Shown here: positions 36,631 through 44,566 of the stretch, piece by piece
Numbering within the stretch: the first letter of the stretch is position 1
Layout of the letters: every line of letters begins with the position of its first letter
Assembly (NCBI GenBank): GCA_964348095.1
Contig: CAYGBK010000065.1
Coordinates: 56,847 to 120,846 of the forward strand
Source of the DNA: an uncultured Thermodesulfobacteriota bacterium
Lineage (GTDB): Bacteria > Desulfobacterota > BSN033 > WVXP01
Direction of reading: 5' to 3'
Length of the DNA: 64,000 nt
Notes under the pieces: model-generated
The model's database searches: none
What the model was told of the DNA's origin: nothing
The model's input: only the letters and a program-made list of their open reading frames with translations
Program-made: the position numbers and the translations under genes

Positions 36631-38019
36631 TTGAGCCAACAGGAACGACAGGCTATCCTGGCTTACTTCTATTGCGCCATATTCTGGCTTCTCGTTCCAG
36701 CCCTGGCCGGGATCTTGATGGCCGCGTTCCTTTCCACCCCATCTCTGCAAGAGTTCGTTCCACAGCCCCTCAAAGGAGTCCTGAATTTCGGCCGCCTGAG
36801 GCCGATGCATTCCAATACGCTTATTTTCGGGTGGCTTTCCATGGCATATGCTGGGGCTATGCTCTATATTACCAGGCGCCTGACAGGGGTCTCCCTTTTC
36901 AGTCCCGGACTTGCCCGGGTGGCCCTATGGCTGTGGAACCTTCTGATCGCTCTAGCGGCCATCACTCTGCTTGTTGGCATGAACCAGGGGCGTGAATATG
37001 CCGAGATGATCTGGCCCCTGGACCTGCTCTTTCTGGTTGTCATTGGCTTGCTGGGAATAAACATCTGGGGCACCGTCGCCCGTCGACGAGAACCCAAGCT
37101 GTACGTCAGCATCTGGAACTTTATGGCCGCCACCTTGATTCTCATTCCCGTCTATGCAATCGGCAACAAGATCTGGGACCCAACCGGGGCCTACACCGGC
37201 ATGAATGATAACATCATCAACTATTTCTACGTCCACAACCTCTTCAATGCCTGGTTTACCACCGGCGGCATCGGTTTGGCTCTTTACCTGCTGCCTCGGT
37301 TGACAAATAAACCCCTTTACAGCCATGCCCTGGCCATGTGGGGATTGTGGAGCGTCTGGACAGGTCAGCACCATCAACTTTGGGGCCCGGCCCCGGATTG
37401 GCTCGAAATTTTGACAGTGGTATTCAGTGTTCTGGCTGTTGTTCCAACGACGGCCTTTATGTGGAATTTCTACCAGACGATGAAGTACCGCTGGCTGCGA
37501 GTTGGGCAGGATGTGGCGGTGCGGTTTTTTGTGGTGGGCGCGATCTTCTGGGGATTCACCTGCATCCAAGGGATCGCCCAGTCGTTACGCACCTTTAGCC
37601 TCTACGTGCACTTTACTAACTGGGTGGTTTCCCATTCCCATCTGGCTTTTGTGGCCGACTATTCCCTCTGGGCCTTTTCCCTGGTCTACCTGATCGTTCC
37701 GGAATTGCTGAAACGCCCCATTTACAGCCGTATTCTTGCTGAGTGGCACTTCTGGCTGACCCTGGTGGGGCTGATGATTTTCATGGCCAGCCTCTGGCTG
37801 GCAGGTTTGGTCCAGGGTCAGCACTGGCTGGCTGGAGGGATCCGATTTCTGGACACGACCCAGGCCATGTATCCCTACTTTACCTGGCGGTTATTTGGTG
37901 GGCTCATGATATTTGTGGGCCAGGTCGTGTTTGCTTATAACATCTGGAAGACAGGAGCAGAGAGCGTGCCTTCCCGGAAAGGCTGGGTGCCCCTGGGTGC
38001 GCGGGTGCCCCAGGGTTAA
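36631..38019 (+). CDS. ccoN: cbb3-type (C-family) haem-copper oxidase catalytic subunit I
   Basis: 462 aa, multi-TM. ...NFGRLRPMHSNTLIFGWL... matches the CcoN GRLRPLHTN region. His pairs (SHSHLAF). TTG start. Confidence 0.8.
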   Translation: MSQQERQAILAYFYCAIFWLLVPALAGILMAAFLSTPSLQEFVPQPLKGVLNFGRLRPMHSNTLIFGWLSMAYAGAMLYITRRLTGVSLFSPGLARVALWLWNLLIALAAITLLVGMNQGREYAEMIWPLDLLFLVVIGLLGINIWGTVARRREPKLYVSIWNFMAATLILIPVYAIGNKIWDPTGAYTGMNDNIINYFYVHNLFNAWFTTGGIGLALYLLPRLTNKPLYSHALAMWGLWSVWTGQHHQLWGPAPDWLEILTVVFSVLAVVPTTAFMWNFYQTMKYRWLRVGQDVAVRFFVVGAIFWGFTCIQGIAQSLRTFSLYVHFTNWVVSHSHLAFVADYSLWAFSLVYLIVPELLKRPIYSRILAEWHFWLTLVGLMIFMASLWLAGLVQGQHWLAGGIRFLDTTQAMYPYFTWRLFGGLMIFVGQVVFAYNIWKTGAESVPSRKGWVPLGARVPQG

Positions 38020-38034
38020 GGAGGACGCAACACG

Positions 38035-38532
38035 GTGCGTTGGAGAATCGATCAACAGGGTCTGCCCTATTTGATCACCGGTTCACTGGTGGCCTTGATT
38101 CTGGGTATTATCGTAACCATCTTGATTCCAGCCCTTGGAGAACCGGATCCCACTGACCTGGCTCACCAATACACTGAAAGCGAGTTGCTGGGCCGGCTGG
38201 TCTATCAGCGCGAAGGGTGCTGGTACTGCCATACCCAACAGGTCCGCCCACCAGAGGTTGGTATTGGAACCATCCAGGTCAAGGGAGACATCGGTCCTGC
38301 CTCCTCGGCCGGTGACTATGCCTTCCAGAAGCCTGTCTACTGGGGGACCGAGCGTCAGGGACCGGATTTATCTCACGTTGCCAGTCGTCCCTACGGCTCA
38401 GTCAAGGAATGGCACATTCTGCATTTCAAGGACCCGGCCTTGGTGAGTCCGGGAACCCTGATGCCTTCGTATGCCCATCTTCCGGAGGCTGATGTCGAGG
38501 CACTGGCGGCCTATCTGTTGACCCTAAAATAG
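38035..38532 (+). CDS. ccoO: cbb3-type oxidase monohaem cytochrome c subunit II
   Basis: N-terminal TM, REGCWYCHTQQVRP (CxxCH), GPDLSHVASRP and HFKDPALVSPGTLMPSY, all CcoO-like. GTG start. Confidence 0.8.
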   Translation: MRWRIDQQGLPYLITGSLVALILGIIVTILIPALGEPDPTDLAHQYTESELLGRLVYQREGCWYCHTQQVRPPEVGIGTIQVKGDIGPASSAGDYAFQKPVYWGTERQGPDLSHVASRPYGSVKEWHILHFKDPALVSPGTLMPSYAHLPEADVEALAAYLLTLK

Positions 38533-38542
38533 GAGTGACAGG

Positions 38543-38704
38543 ATGATTTTTCCGGCGACTTGGTTGGTCTGGATCACTGTAGCGCTTATTCTGGCCCTTT
38601 TCTGGGGCGCCTATTTCATCGCCCGCGCCAGTGGCCACTTTGACGACCTGGAGCAGGTAAAGTACAAGGTACTGGAGGAGAGCCTGGAGAATGAGAAGGA
38701 ATGA
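38543..38704 (+). CDS. ccoS: CcoS/FixS-like cbb3 oxidase maturation peptide (53 aa, below the ORF-track cutoff)
   Basis: Hand translation is MIFPATWLVWITVALILALFWGAYFIARASGHFDDLEQVKYKVLEESLENEKE: one TM followed by a G-x-[FY]-DDL motif. AGGAG RBS 6 nt upstream. Confidence 0.65.
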   Translation: MIFPATWLVWITVALILALFWGAYFIARASGHFDDLEQVKYKVLEESLENEKE

Positions 38705-38930
38705 AATCCAAGAATTTGCTGAAGACGTCAGGGTAGGTCCCGCCGTGCGGCCGCGCTGGATAACCATCCTGGCTTACTGCCTGGTGATTTGGGGACTGGG
38801 GTACTTCATCTGGACAGCCAGCGGTGGAGGGCTGGACGGACCTAATTTGGTCATTTGGGCATTGCTGGCATTTTGGCTCGTATACACGCCGTTAGCGGTG
38901 TATAAGAAATGGTTTGCTATCCGGCTGTGA
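38691..38930 (+). CDS. CcoP N-terminal (FixP_N-like) membrane stub without cytochrome c domains
   Basis: 79 aa. ...GPAVRPRWITILAYCLVIWGLGYFIW... resembles the P-x-P-x-WW TM anchor of CcoP. No CxxCH motif. Overlaps the ccoS 3' end. Confidence 0.5.
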   Translation: MRRNEIQEFAEDVRVGPAVRPRWITILAYCLVIWGLGYFIWTASGGGLDGPNLVIWALLAFWLVYTPLAVYKKWFAIRL

Positions 38931-38986
38931 ACCGGATAATGGGGGAGCCCCGTGGTGTGACTGCAGGAGCGACAAACAAGGGAATT

Positions 38987-39015
38987 TGACACACAGATCA
39001 GCTGATCTCCTGTCA
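38987..39015. promoter_or_regulatory. Palindromic operator-like site
   Basis: Perfect 14-bp palindrome AGATCAGCTGATCT (38995..39008) nested between TGACA (38987) and TGTCA (39011). Confidence 0.35.
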
Positions 39016-39332
39016 GATTTCAGAGTGTATTCGCCTGCCATTTAGAAAGCCATAATACTCTCTATCAACTGATTCAATCAACTTTATCTCCGTGAAAGCG
39101 AGCGTTTTCATCCTCAAGTGGGATCCCACACTGACTGTTATTCTCAAATTCTAGTTTCAAGTGAATCTGCCGACCCTTTTTCCCTTTGGTGAACGCGACA
39201 GGAGACGCCAGGAGAAAACTCAAAAATGATATAATTGTCCAAAATCTACTGAAGATTTTATGCCCCTAAGTCGAGGGGCTCCGAAAAGCCGGAGTCCGCT
39301 GAAGACAATGATATGAGGAGGCAGGGGTCGAC

Positions 39333-40469
39333 ATGACTGGGGATAGACCCAAAAGACGCCTCGTCTTTGTCGGCGGGGGACACGTTCACCTGCTTTCATT
39401 AAAGAATATCGGCCGTTTCCTGGATGGGGGTGCCGAGGTTACGGTGATTGCCCCGGACCGATTTCACTACTATTCGGGCATGGGCCCAGGAATGGTTTCA
39501 CGCATCTACGAGCCAGAGCAGGTGCGGTTCAACATTCAAAAGATGGTCGAATCCCGTGGAGGGTCGTTTGTTAAAGACAAAGTGGCCTCAGTTGATGCAC
39601 CTGAAAAAGAACTTACCCTGGCGGGTGGAGAGAAAGTGTTTTACGACCTCCTCTCTTTCAATATAGGAAGCTATGTGCCGATGGACCGTATCGAGGGTGC
39701 CGAAAAAGGAGCGATTCCTGTAAAGCCGATCGAGAACCTGGAAAAAGCCCGACGGGCCATATTGGAGGGTTTTCAGAGAGGGATTCCCAAAGTTCTTATA
39801 GTTGGTGCTGGTCCTGCGGGTGTTGAACTGGCTGGTAATATTTGGCGATTGGCCTGCAGTCAGGATGGCTATGGGGAGATCACTTTGGCGAGTTCCAGAG
39901 ACCGGGTTCTGCCGGAGCTCCCCCAAAAGGCGAGTTCTCTTGCCCAGGAGTCTCTCTCTCAACGGGGGATACATATCCGCTCCAACTTTCGCGTGGTTAA
40001 TCTAAGCCAGGGAAGGGCCCGTTCCAAATATGGTGAAGAAGTCCGGTACGATGTGGCTATTCTGACAATTGGGATCATGCCCCAGAGGATTTTCGGCAAT
40101 TCTGGATTGGAAACGGCAGCAGACGGCGCGCTCCTGGTAAACAACTACCTTCAGAGCACGAGCTCCCCGGATGTCTTTGGAGGCGGAGACTGTATCGCCA
40201 TCCATGGAAGCCGAGTGGACCGGGTCGGTGTCTATGCCGTGCGGGAGGCGCCGATTCTTTTCAACAATCTCTTGGCGAGACTAGAGGGAAAGCCGCTCAA
40301 GGCCTTTAAGCCGCAGAAACGATACCTTTTGATACTCAACCTCGGAGACGGCTCGGGTCTCTTTGTCCGAGGGTCTTGGGTGTGGAAAGGGAAACTGGCA
40401 TTTGCCTTCAAGAGCTTTCTCGATCGACGGTTCATGTCAAACTTCCAGGTTTCGGGAGAAACGGGATGA
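39333..40469 (+). CDS. FAD-dependent pyridine nucleotide-disulfide oxidoreductase (NDH-2/SQR-like; TIGR03169-like by recollection)
   Basis: RLVFVGGGHVHL and KVLIVGAGPAGVELAG dinucleotide-binding motifs; VFGGGDCIAI FAD motif. Confidence 0.8.
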   Translation: MTGDRPKRRLVFVGGGHVHLLSLKNIGRFLDGGAEVTVIAPDRFHYYSGMGPGMVSRIYEPEQVRFNIQKMVESRGGSFVKDKVASVDAPEKELTLAGGEKVFYDLLSFNIGSYVPMDRIEGAEKGAIPVKPIENLEKARRAILEGFQRGIPKVLIVGAGPAGVELAGNIWRLACSQDGYGEITLASSRDRVLPELPQKASSLAQESLSQRGIHIRSNFRVVNLSQGRARSKYGEEVRYDVAILTIGIMPQRIFGNSGLETAADGALLVNNYLQSTSSPDVFGGGDCIAIHGSRVDRVGVYAVREAPILFNNLLARLEGKPLKAFKPQKRYLLILNLGDGSGLFVRGSWVWKGKLAFAFKSFLDRRFMSNFQVSGETG

Positions 40470-40488
40470 CTGGATTGGAGGAGGCAGG

Positions 40489-41328
40489 ATGAGATTCATG
40501 GATCTATTTTCTCAGGTCAAGACGATGAACGCCGAGGAGTCGAGAAAGTGGCTCGATGAGAGCCCCGAGGAGTCGGTCACGCTTCTGGATGTTCGAGAGC
40601 CCGAAGAGTATGAGGAGGGACACATTCCTGGAGCGGTTCTCATTCCCCTTTCAGAACTTTCCGACCGGCTCTCTGAAATTGATCCACAGAAACCGGTTCT
40701 TGCTTATTGAAAGGCAGGGGGCCGCAGCCGGTCGGCTGCAAACCTGCTTTCAAATGAAGCCTTCGATGCGACCTCGATGACGGGAGGGATTGATGCCTGG
40801 AATGGTCTCCTTTCCAGAGCAGAAGTCGATCAGGGGATATACCTCATTGAGGGGGACGAATCCCCAGAGGAGGTCCTGTCTCTTGCCTATGGATTGGAAG
40901 ATGGGATCTATCGGTTCTATTCGACCCTCGCTGAAGGATCGACCGAAAAAGACGTTGGAGAACTCTTCGAGAAATTGGCCAAAGCTGAGGTCCACCACAA
41001 GAACAACATCTGGGAGAGTTACAGGGCATTGACTTCGGGTCGGCTAACGAGAAAGGCTTTTGAAGCTGAAACCGTTCCAAAAACCATGGAGGGAGGGAAG
41101 ACGGCAGACCAAATTCTGGAGGAGCAGGGAGATTCAATTCAAAATTCTCGCGATGCTATAGAGCTCGCCATGTCCTTGGAGACCGATGCCCTCGATCTCT
41201 ATCTCAGGATGGTTCACAAAACTCAAAAGGAAGAAGCAAAGGCGGTCTTTTTTGCCATCGTGACCGAGGAGAAAAGTCATCTTAAGAGGCTGGGAGAGTT
41301 GTTTCGTAAGAAGCTCAAGGGACAATAG
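40489..41328 (+). CDS. Selenoprotein: rhodanese domain with Sec at the catalytic position (TGA 40708-40710) fused to a ferritin/rubrerythrin-like di-iron domain
   Basis: ORFs 40363..40710 and 40777..41328 share one frame, with an open frame between them. The sequence reads ...QKPVLAY-U-KAGGRSRSAANLL...GGIDAWNG, a rhodanese C-x-x-G-x-R-S loop. The C-terminal domain has GLEDG/KAEVHH and SLETD/TEEKSH E...ExxH pairs. GGAGGAGG RBS before the ATG at 40489. Confidence 0.8.
40711..40750 (+). promoter_or_regulatory. Candidate bacterial SECIS element of the rhodanese selenoprotein gene
   Basis: Starts 1 nt after the UGA. Lower stem AAGGCAGG/CCUGCUUU, internal loop, upper stem GCAGCC/GGCUGC, apical loop GGUC. 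Confidence 0.65.
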
Positions 41329-41368
41329 CTTCGCTTTTCGAGACCATGCTGTATGCCATTCGCAGTGT

Positions 41369-41656
41369 TTATGGGGTAGGCTTTTTGAAAAAAATCTGGC
41401 AGGCATCCCTGTCATAGTGCCCCTGGGAGTTCTTGCCGATCAGAGATTCATGGACTGCCCCGTTGCTCCAATAAACCGTCACACCGATTTCTTCCCCTGT
41501 CTCAGAGAAAAACTCCACCACAATCGATGCGATTGGATCGGCACTCTCGACAATCAAGGGATAAACGATTCTCTCCTTTATTTCTTCAATCTCCTGTGCT
41601 CCTGTTGCCAGTCCGCCCCTCTTTATGGCAAGCACAGGCATCGGAAATACTTCCAA
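41369..41656 (-). CDS. Hypothetical protein; possibly the body of a secreted protein cut off from its signal peptide by an in-frame TAA
   Basis: 95-aa ORF (TTG, or an ATG 5 codons in). Same frame as the upstream signal-peptide mini-ORF. Confidence 0.4.
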   Translation of the reverse strand: MEVFPMPVLAIKRGGLATGAQEIEEIKERIVYPLIVESADPIASIVVEFFSETGEEIGVTVYWSNGAVHESLIGKNSQGHYDRDACQIFFKKPTP

Positions 41657-41674
41657 TGCATCAAGACGGGTGTA

Positions 41675-41791
41675 TTATACTCTGGACTTCTTGAGCCTTG
41701 TGAGATCCAGACCGAAGTCACTCGCAAAACTTGTCGATCCAGGGAATAAAAGGAGACTCAACAAAAGCAACGCGATCGTGGGTTTTAGCAT
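41675..41791 (-). CDS. 38-aa signal-peptide-bearing mini-ORF
   Basis: Hand translation is MLKPTIALLLLSLLLFPGSTSFASDFGLDLTRLKKSRV-TAA. GGAGG RBS 8 nt upstream of the ATG at 41791. Confidence 0.4.
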   Translation of the reverse strand: MLKPTIALLLLSLLLFPGSTSFASDFGLDLTRLKKSRV

Positions 41792-42127
41792 AGGGTCCTC
41801 CGCTCCCTTCTAACTTTACTGGAAAGAAGCTGTAATGGTATCAGACTCTATTCATGACCGGGTCCTAGAGTATACTGCGTCCTGGCCGATTTTGGGAGGA
41901 ATTTGATTATGGGTTCTGGCCTCTCTGGCTTATAGCATATCTCCACCACGGTTGTTTGCCATACCCAACCTTCAACGCTTTCAATCTCTAATTCTCAAAC
42001 CCCTAGACAGTTTTCATAATTCCATCAGGCGACCGGCCTTTTTCCCAAAGGGTTGGATGGCATGCCTTTTGCTCCTAGCTTCTCATCCCGTTCTCTTATT
42101 CCGAGTGAAGAAAGAGGAGATTATCTA

Positions 42128-43144
42128 ATGAGAAATCTTTCAAAGCTTTTTGTTTTGAGTGTCGTCCTATTTCCATTGATAGCCAACGTAACGTGGGCAG
42201 ACACCACTGGAAACTCCCAGGACGTGATGGCGGCGCGGCAGGAGTTTGAATCAAGGTGCCCAAAGCCCGAGTGGTGGGACCGCGTATCTGTATCGGGTGC
42301 GACTATTAATACCTATGACGATTTAATCAGCTATTGGCAAGACAAGAATCGATCCAAGAGCCAGTTCTTTAAAGCCGCTTACATTGCGATTCTTGATTAT
42401 CCGTTAGATGTGGATATTGTCGTCAACGCAATCAAGCTCATGAACTACACGTACAGTTACCCCCACAGAATCGAGCTTCAGGAGTATGCGATTGAAAAAT
42501 ACTTTTCATACAAAAGTCCATACGGTAAGCCAGGGAATACTATTGCGGGTATCGTTGAAAACCTGGGGCGACTCTATAACGATGCCGGACAGTATGATAG
42601 GTCGGTCAACTTGATCGAGAGGTTGCTGAAAGAACGGGAAACCGAGGTAAACGATCATCTGCTCGAGCTAATCCATCTTAAGTACGCTCGGGCGCTTCAC
42701 GGACAAGGCCGTACTGCCGACGCTGTCAATGTTCTCAAGAAGGCGGTGAAAAAGTACAACGGTAGCTGGGAAAAACGTTTAAATGAGGCCATTGCCAGGT
42801 ATGGAGGAAGTCCAGTCACCACGTCGGTCAAGCCTTCGGCTGCAAAGGATCCGACGCGGGGGAAAGCTCCCTGGTGGAAGAATAACATCGTAATTATTGG
42901 AGCCTCACTCCTTACCGCTTTATTGATTCTTGTCCTGAGACGGGCGAGCAGGGAACAGCCGAATTACTCTGGAGTTTATGGACGGAGCGCTTTCGGCGCG
43001 GACTCCGATGTCGAGCAGCTTGTTCGCGATGGCCGCCAGATTGAGGCGATACAGCTCTACAGGCAAATTCACGAGGTGGGCTTGAGCGAGGCAAAACAGG
43101 CCGTAGACCAGATTGCCCAAAAAACGTCTCACCCGGGGACGTGA
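42128..43144 (+). CDS. Secreted helical-repeat protein with a TM segment and a C-terminal L7/L12-CTD-like motif
   Basis: Signal peptide MRNLSKLFVLSVVLFPLIANVTWA; TPR-like helices; TM segment IVIIGASLLTALLILVL; C-terminus DVEQLVRDGRQIEAIQLYRQIHEVGLSEAKQAVDQI. Confidence 0.6.
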   Translation: MRNLSKLFVLSVVLFPLIANVTWADTTGNSQDVMAARQEFESRCPKPEWWDRVSVSGATINTYDDLISYWQDKNRSKSQFFKAAYIAILDYPLDVDIVVNAIKLMNYTYSYPHRIELQEYAIEKYFSYKSPYGKPGNTIAGIVENLGRLYNDAGQYDRSVNLIERLLKERETEVNDHLLELIHLKYARALHGQGRTADAVNVLKKAVKKYNGSWEKRLNEAIARYGGSPVTTSVKPSAAKDPTRGKAPWWKNNIVIIGASLLTALLILVLRRASREQPNYSGVYGRSAFGADSDVEQLVRDGRQIEAIQLYRQIHEVGLSEAKQAVDQIAQKTSHPGT

Positions 43145-43233
43145 TTCCTTTCCCTTATTCCCTCCCAAAGAAGCAAAGAGCTCACACGCAGATGTGTGGG
43201 TTTTTCCCTTTCACGTCTCACGCAGTATTTCGT

Positions 43234-44343
43234 TCAGCCTTCCTGAGTGGTGATGCCTCCGCCGGCCTTCATACCGAATAGAAATCGGGTTACACCTGTT
43301 CGTTTTACGGCGACCGCATATAGAGAGAGTATGAGAAATGTCGACGTGAGGGTAATCGGTCCAAATTTTGCGACCACGTTGATTTGCCACTGAAGAAGGT
43401 AGAAACCCGCCACAACAATCACCGTTTGCTGGAGGACATAAATCGGATAGGAGCCTTCATTGAGGTAGGTGAGAAGGGTATGAGGAAAGTTCAAATATCG
43501 TTTTCCAAGCCCCAGGAGCACCAGGATCCACGCCCACGTGTTGAAGGCGTGAAAAATCTCAAACAGAACGTATTGTGCTCCGAAGGATGGCTGGGGTGGA
43601 CGAGAGAATCCTGACAGCTTGATGACATAGAACAGAATGAGGCCCAACACCGCAAGCATGATGGCCATGGGGTGAACCTTGTCTATCCCTTCTTGAAACT
43701 GGTCAGTGATACAGAAGATGTAACCATATAAAAAGACAATGAAAAAGAACAATGGGTTTGGATAGGGCAGGCCCGTTAAGCGGGCGAACGCTAGAGGAAT
43801 TGCGAATAAGAACATCCCCCACGTGTGGCAGCCGTGCATCCGGGCGAGTTGCGATATGTGTTGTCGTCCCCTTTGTGTATCCAGGTACCGAAATGCTGGC
43901 AATGCGATAATTGAAAAAAGAAACAAGTACAAAATGAACCAGAGGTGAGCAGGCGTGAATGTGCCTTCAAACCCGGTCAAGGAATCGAGTCCACCGATTG
44001 AAAAAAACTCCGGGTAATACTGGAAAAAGGACTTCTGAAACTCGACGGTTTTACTCACCGCTGCATAGTACGTTTGCGGGGGGACAAGGACAAGCGTCCC
44101 AAAAGCGAGTGGGACCAGGAGCCGTTTTGCTCTTTCCCTAATAAACTCTCCCTGTGTTCGACTTTGCAGCGAAAACCAGGATGACGCACCGGCAATCAAG
44201 AAAAGGAGCGGCATCCCCCACGGATCGAGAAATCTCCTCAGGACCTCAAGGCCAATAATCGGTGGTTCGTGTTTCACATAAAACGGAATGGAGTCGAAGA
44301 TCCTTGCTGTATGATAGGGGATGAGAAACAAGACGGTCATCAC
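43234..44343 (-). CDS. Acyltransferase-3 family membrane protein; N-terminus possibly truncated by an in-frame TGA
   Basis: Multi-TM protein of 369 aa beginning ...VLFLIPYHTARIF, with the conserved His of the acyltransferase_3 N-terminal motif. See the finding for the upstream extension. Confidence 0.7.
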   Translation of the reverse strand: MMTVLFLIPYHTARIFDSIPFYVKHEPPIIGLEVLRRFLDPWGMPLLFLIAGASSWFSLQSRTQGEFIRERAKRLLVPLAFGTLVLVPPQTYYAAVSKTVEFQKSFFQYYPEFFSIGGLDSLTGFEGTFTPAHLWFILYLFLFSIIALPAFRYLDTQRGRQHISQLARMHGCHTWGMFLFAIPLAFARLTGLPYPNPLFFFIVFLYGYIFCITDQFQEGIDKVHPMAIMLAVLGLILFYVIKLSGFSRPPQPSFGAQYVLFEIFHAFNTWAWILVLLGLGKRYLNFPHTLLTYLNEGSYPIYVLQQTVIVVAGFYLLQWQINVVAKFGPITLTSTFLILSLYAVAVKRTGVTRFLFGMKAGGGITTQEG

Positions 44344-44566
44344 TCTCAGTCAGTCATAATCGTACCTTCTCCTGGATTGTGCTCGATGGACCATCTATAA
44401 TTCTCATCTCTCAGCGACAGGGGCGCTGTGAAGAATCCTTCGGCTTAGGAAATTCTATCCATTTTGGGTGCTAACTGGAAAGGGCACGAATGGGTAGGGC
44501 TGATGAAAAAGTGAAGTTTATTCTGCCACAGCTACGCCCGTTTTTTCGACGGCTTTAGTGGAGTAC

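Noticed and set aside
36952-37569. 205-aa ORF antisense to ccoN. Similar long antisense or out-of-frame ORFs lie inside the giant gene (for example 59483..60193 and 59892..60281).
   Set aside because: They are shadow ORFs in GC-rich coding DNA with no motifs. The host genes are continuous and much longer.
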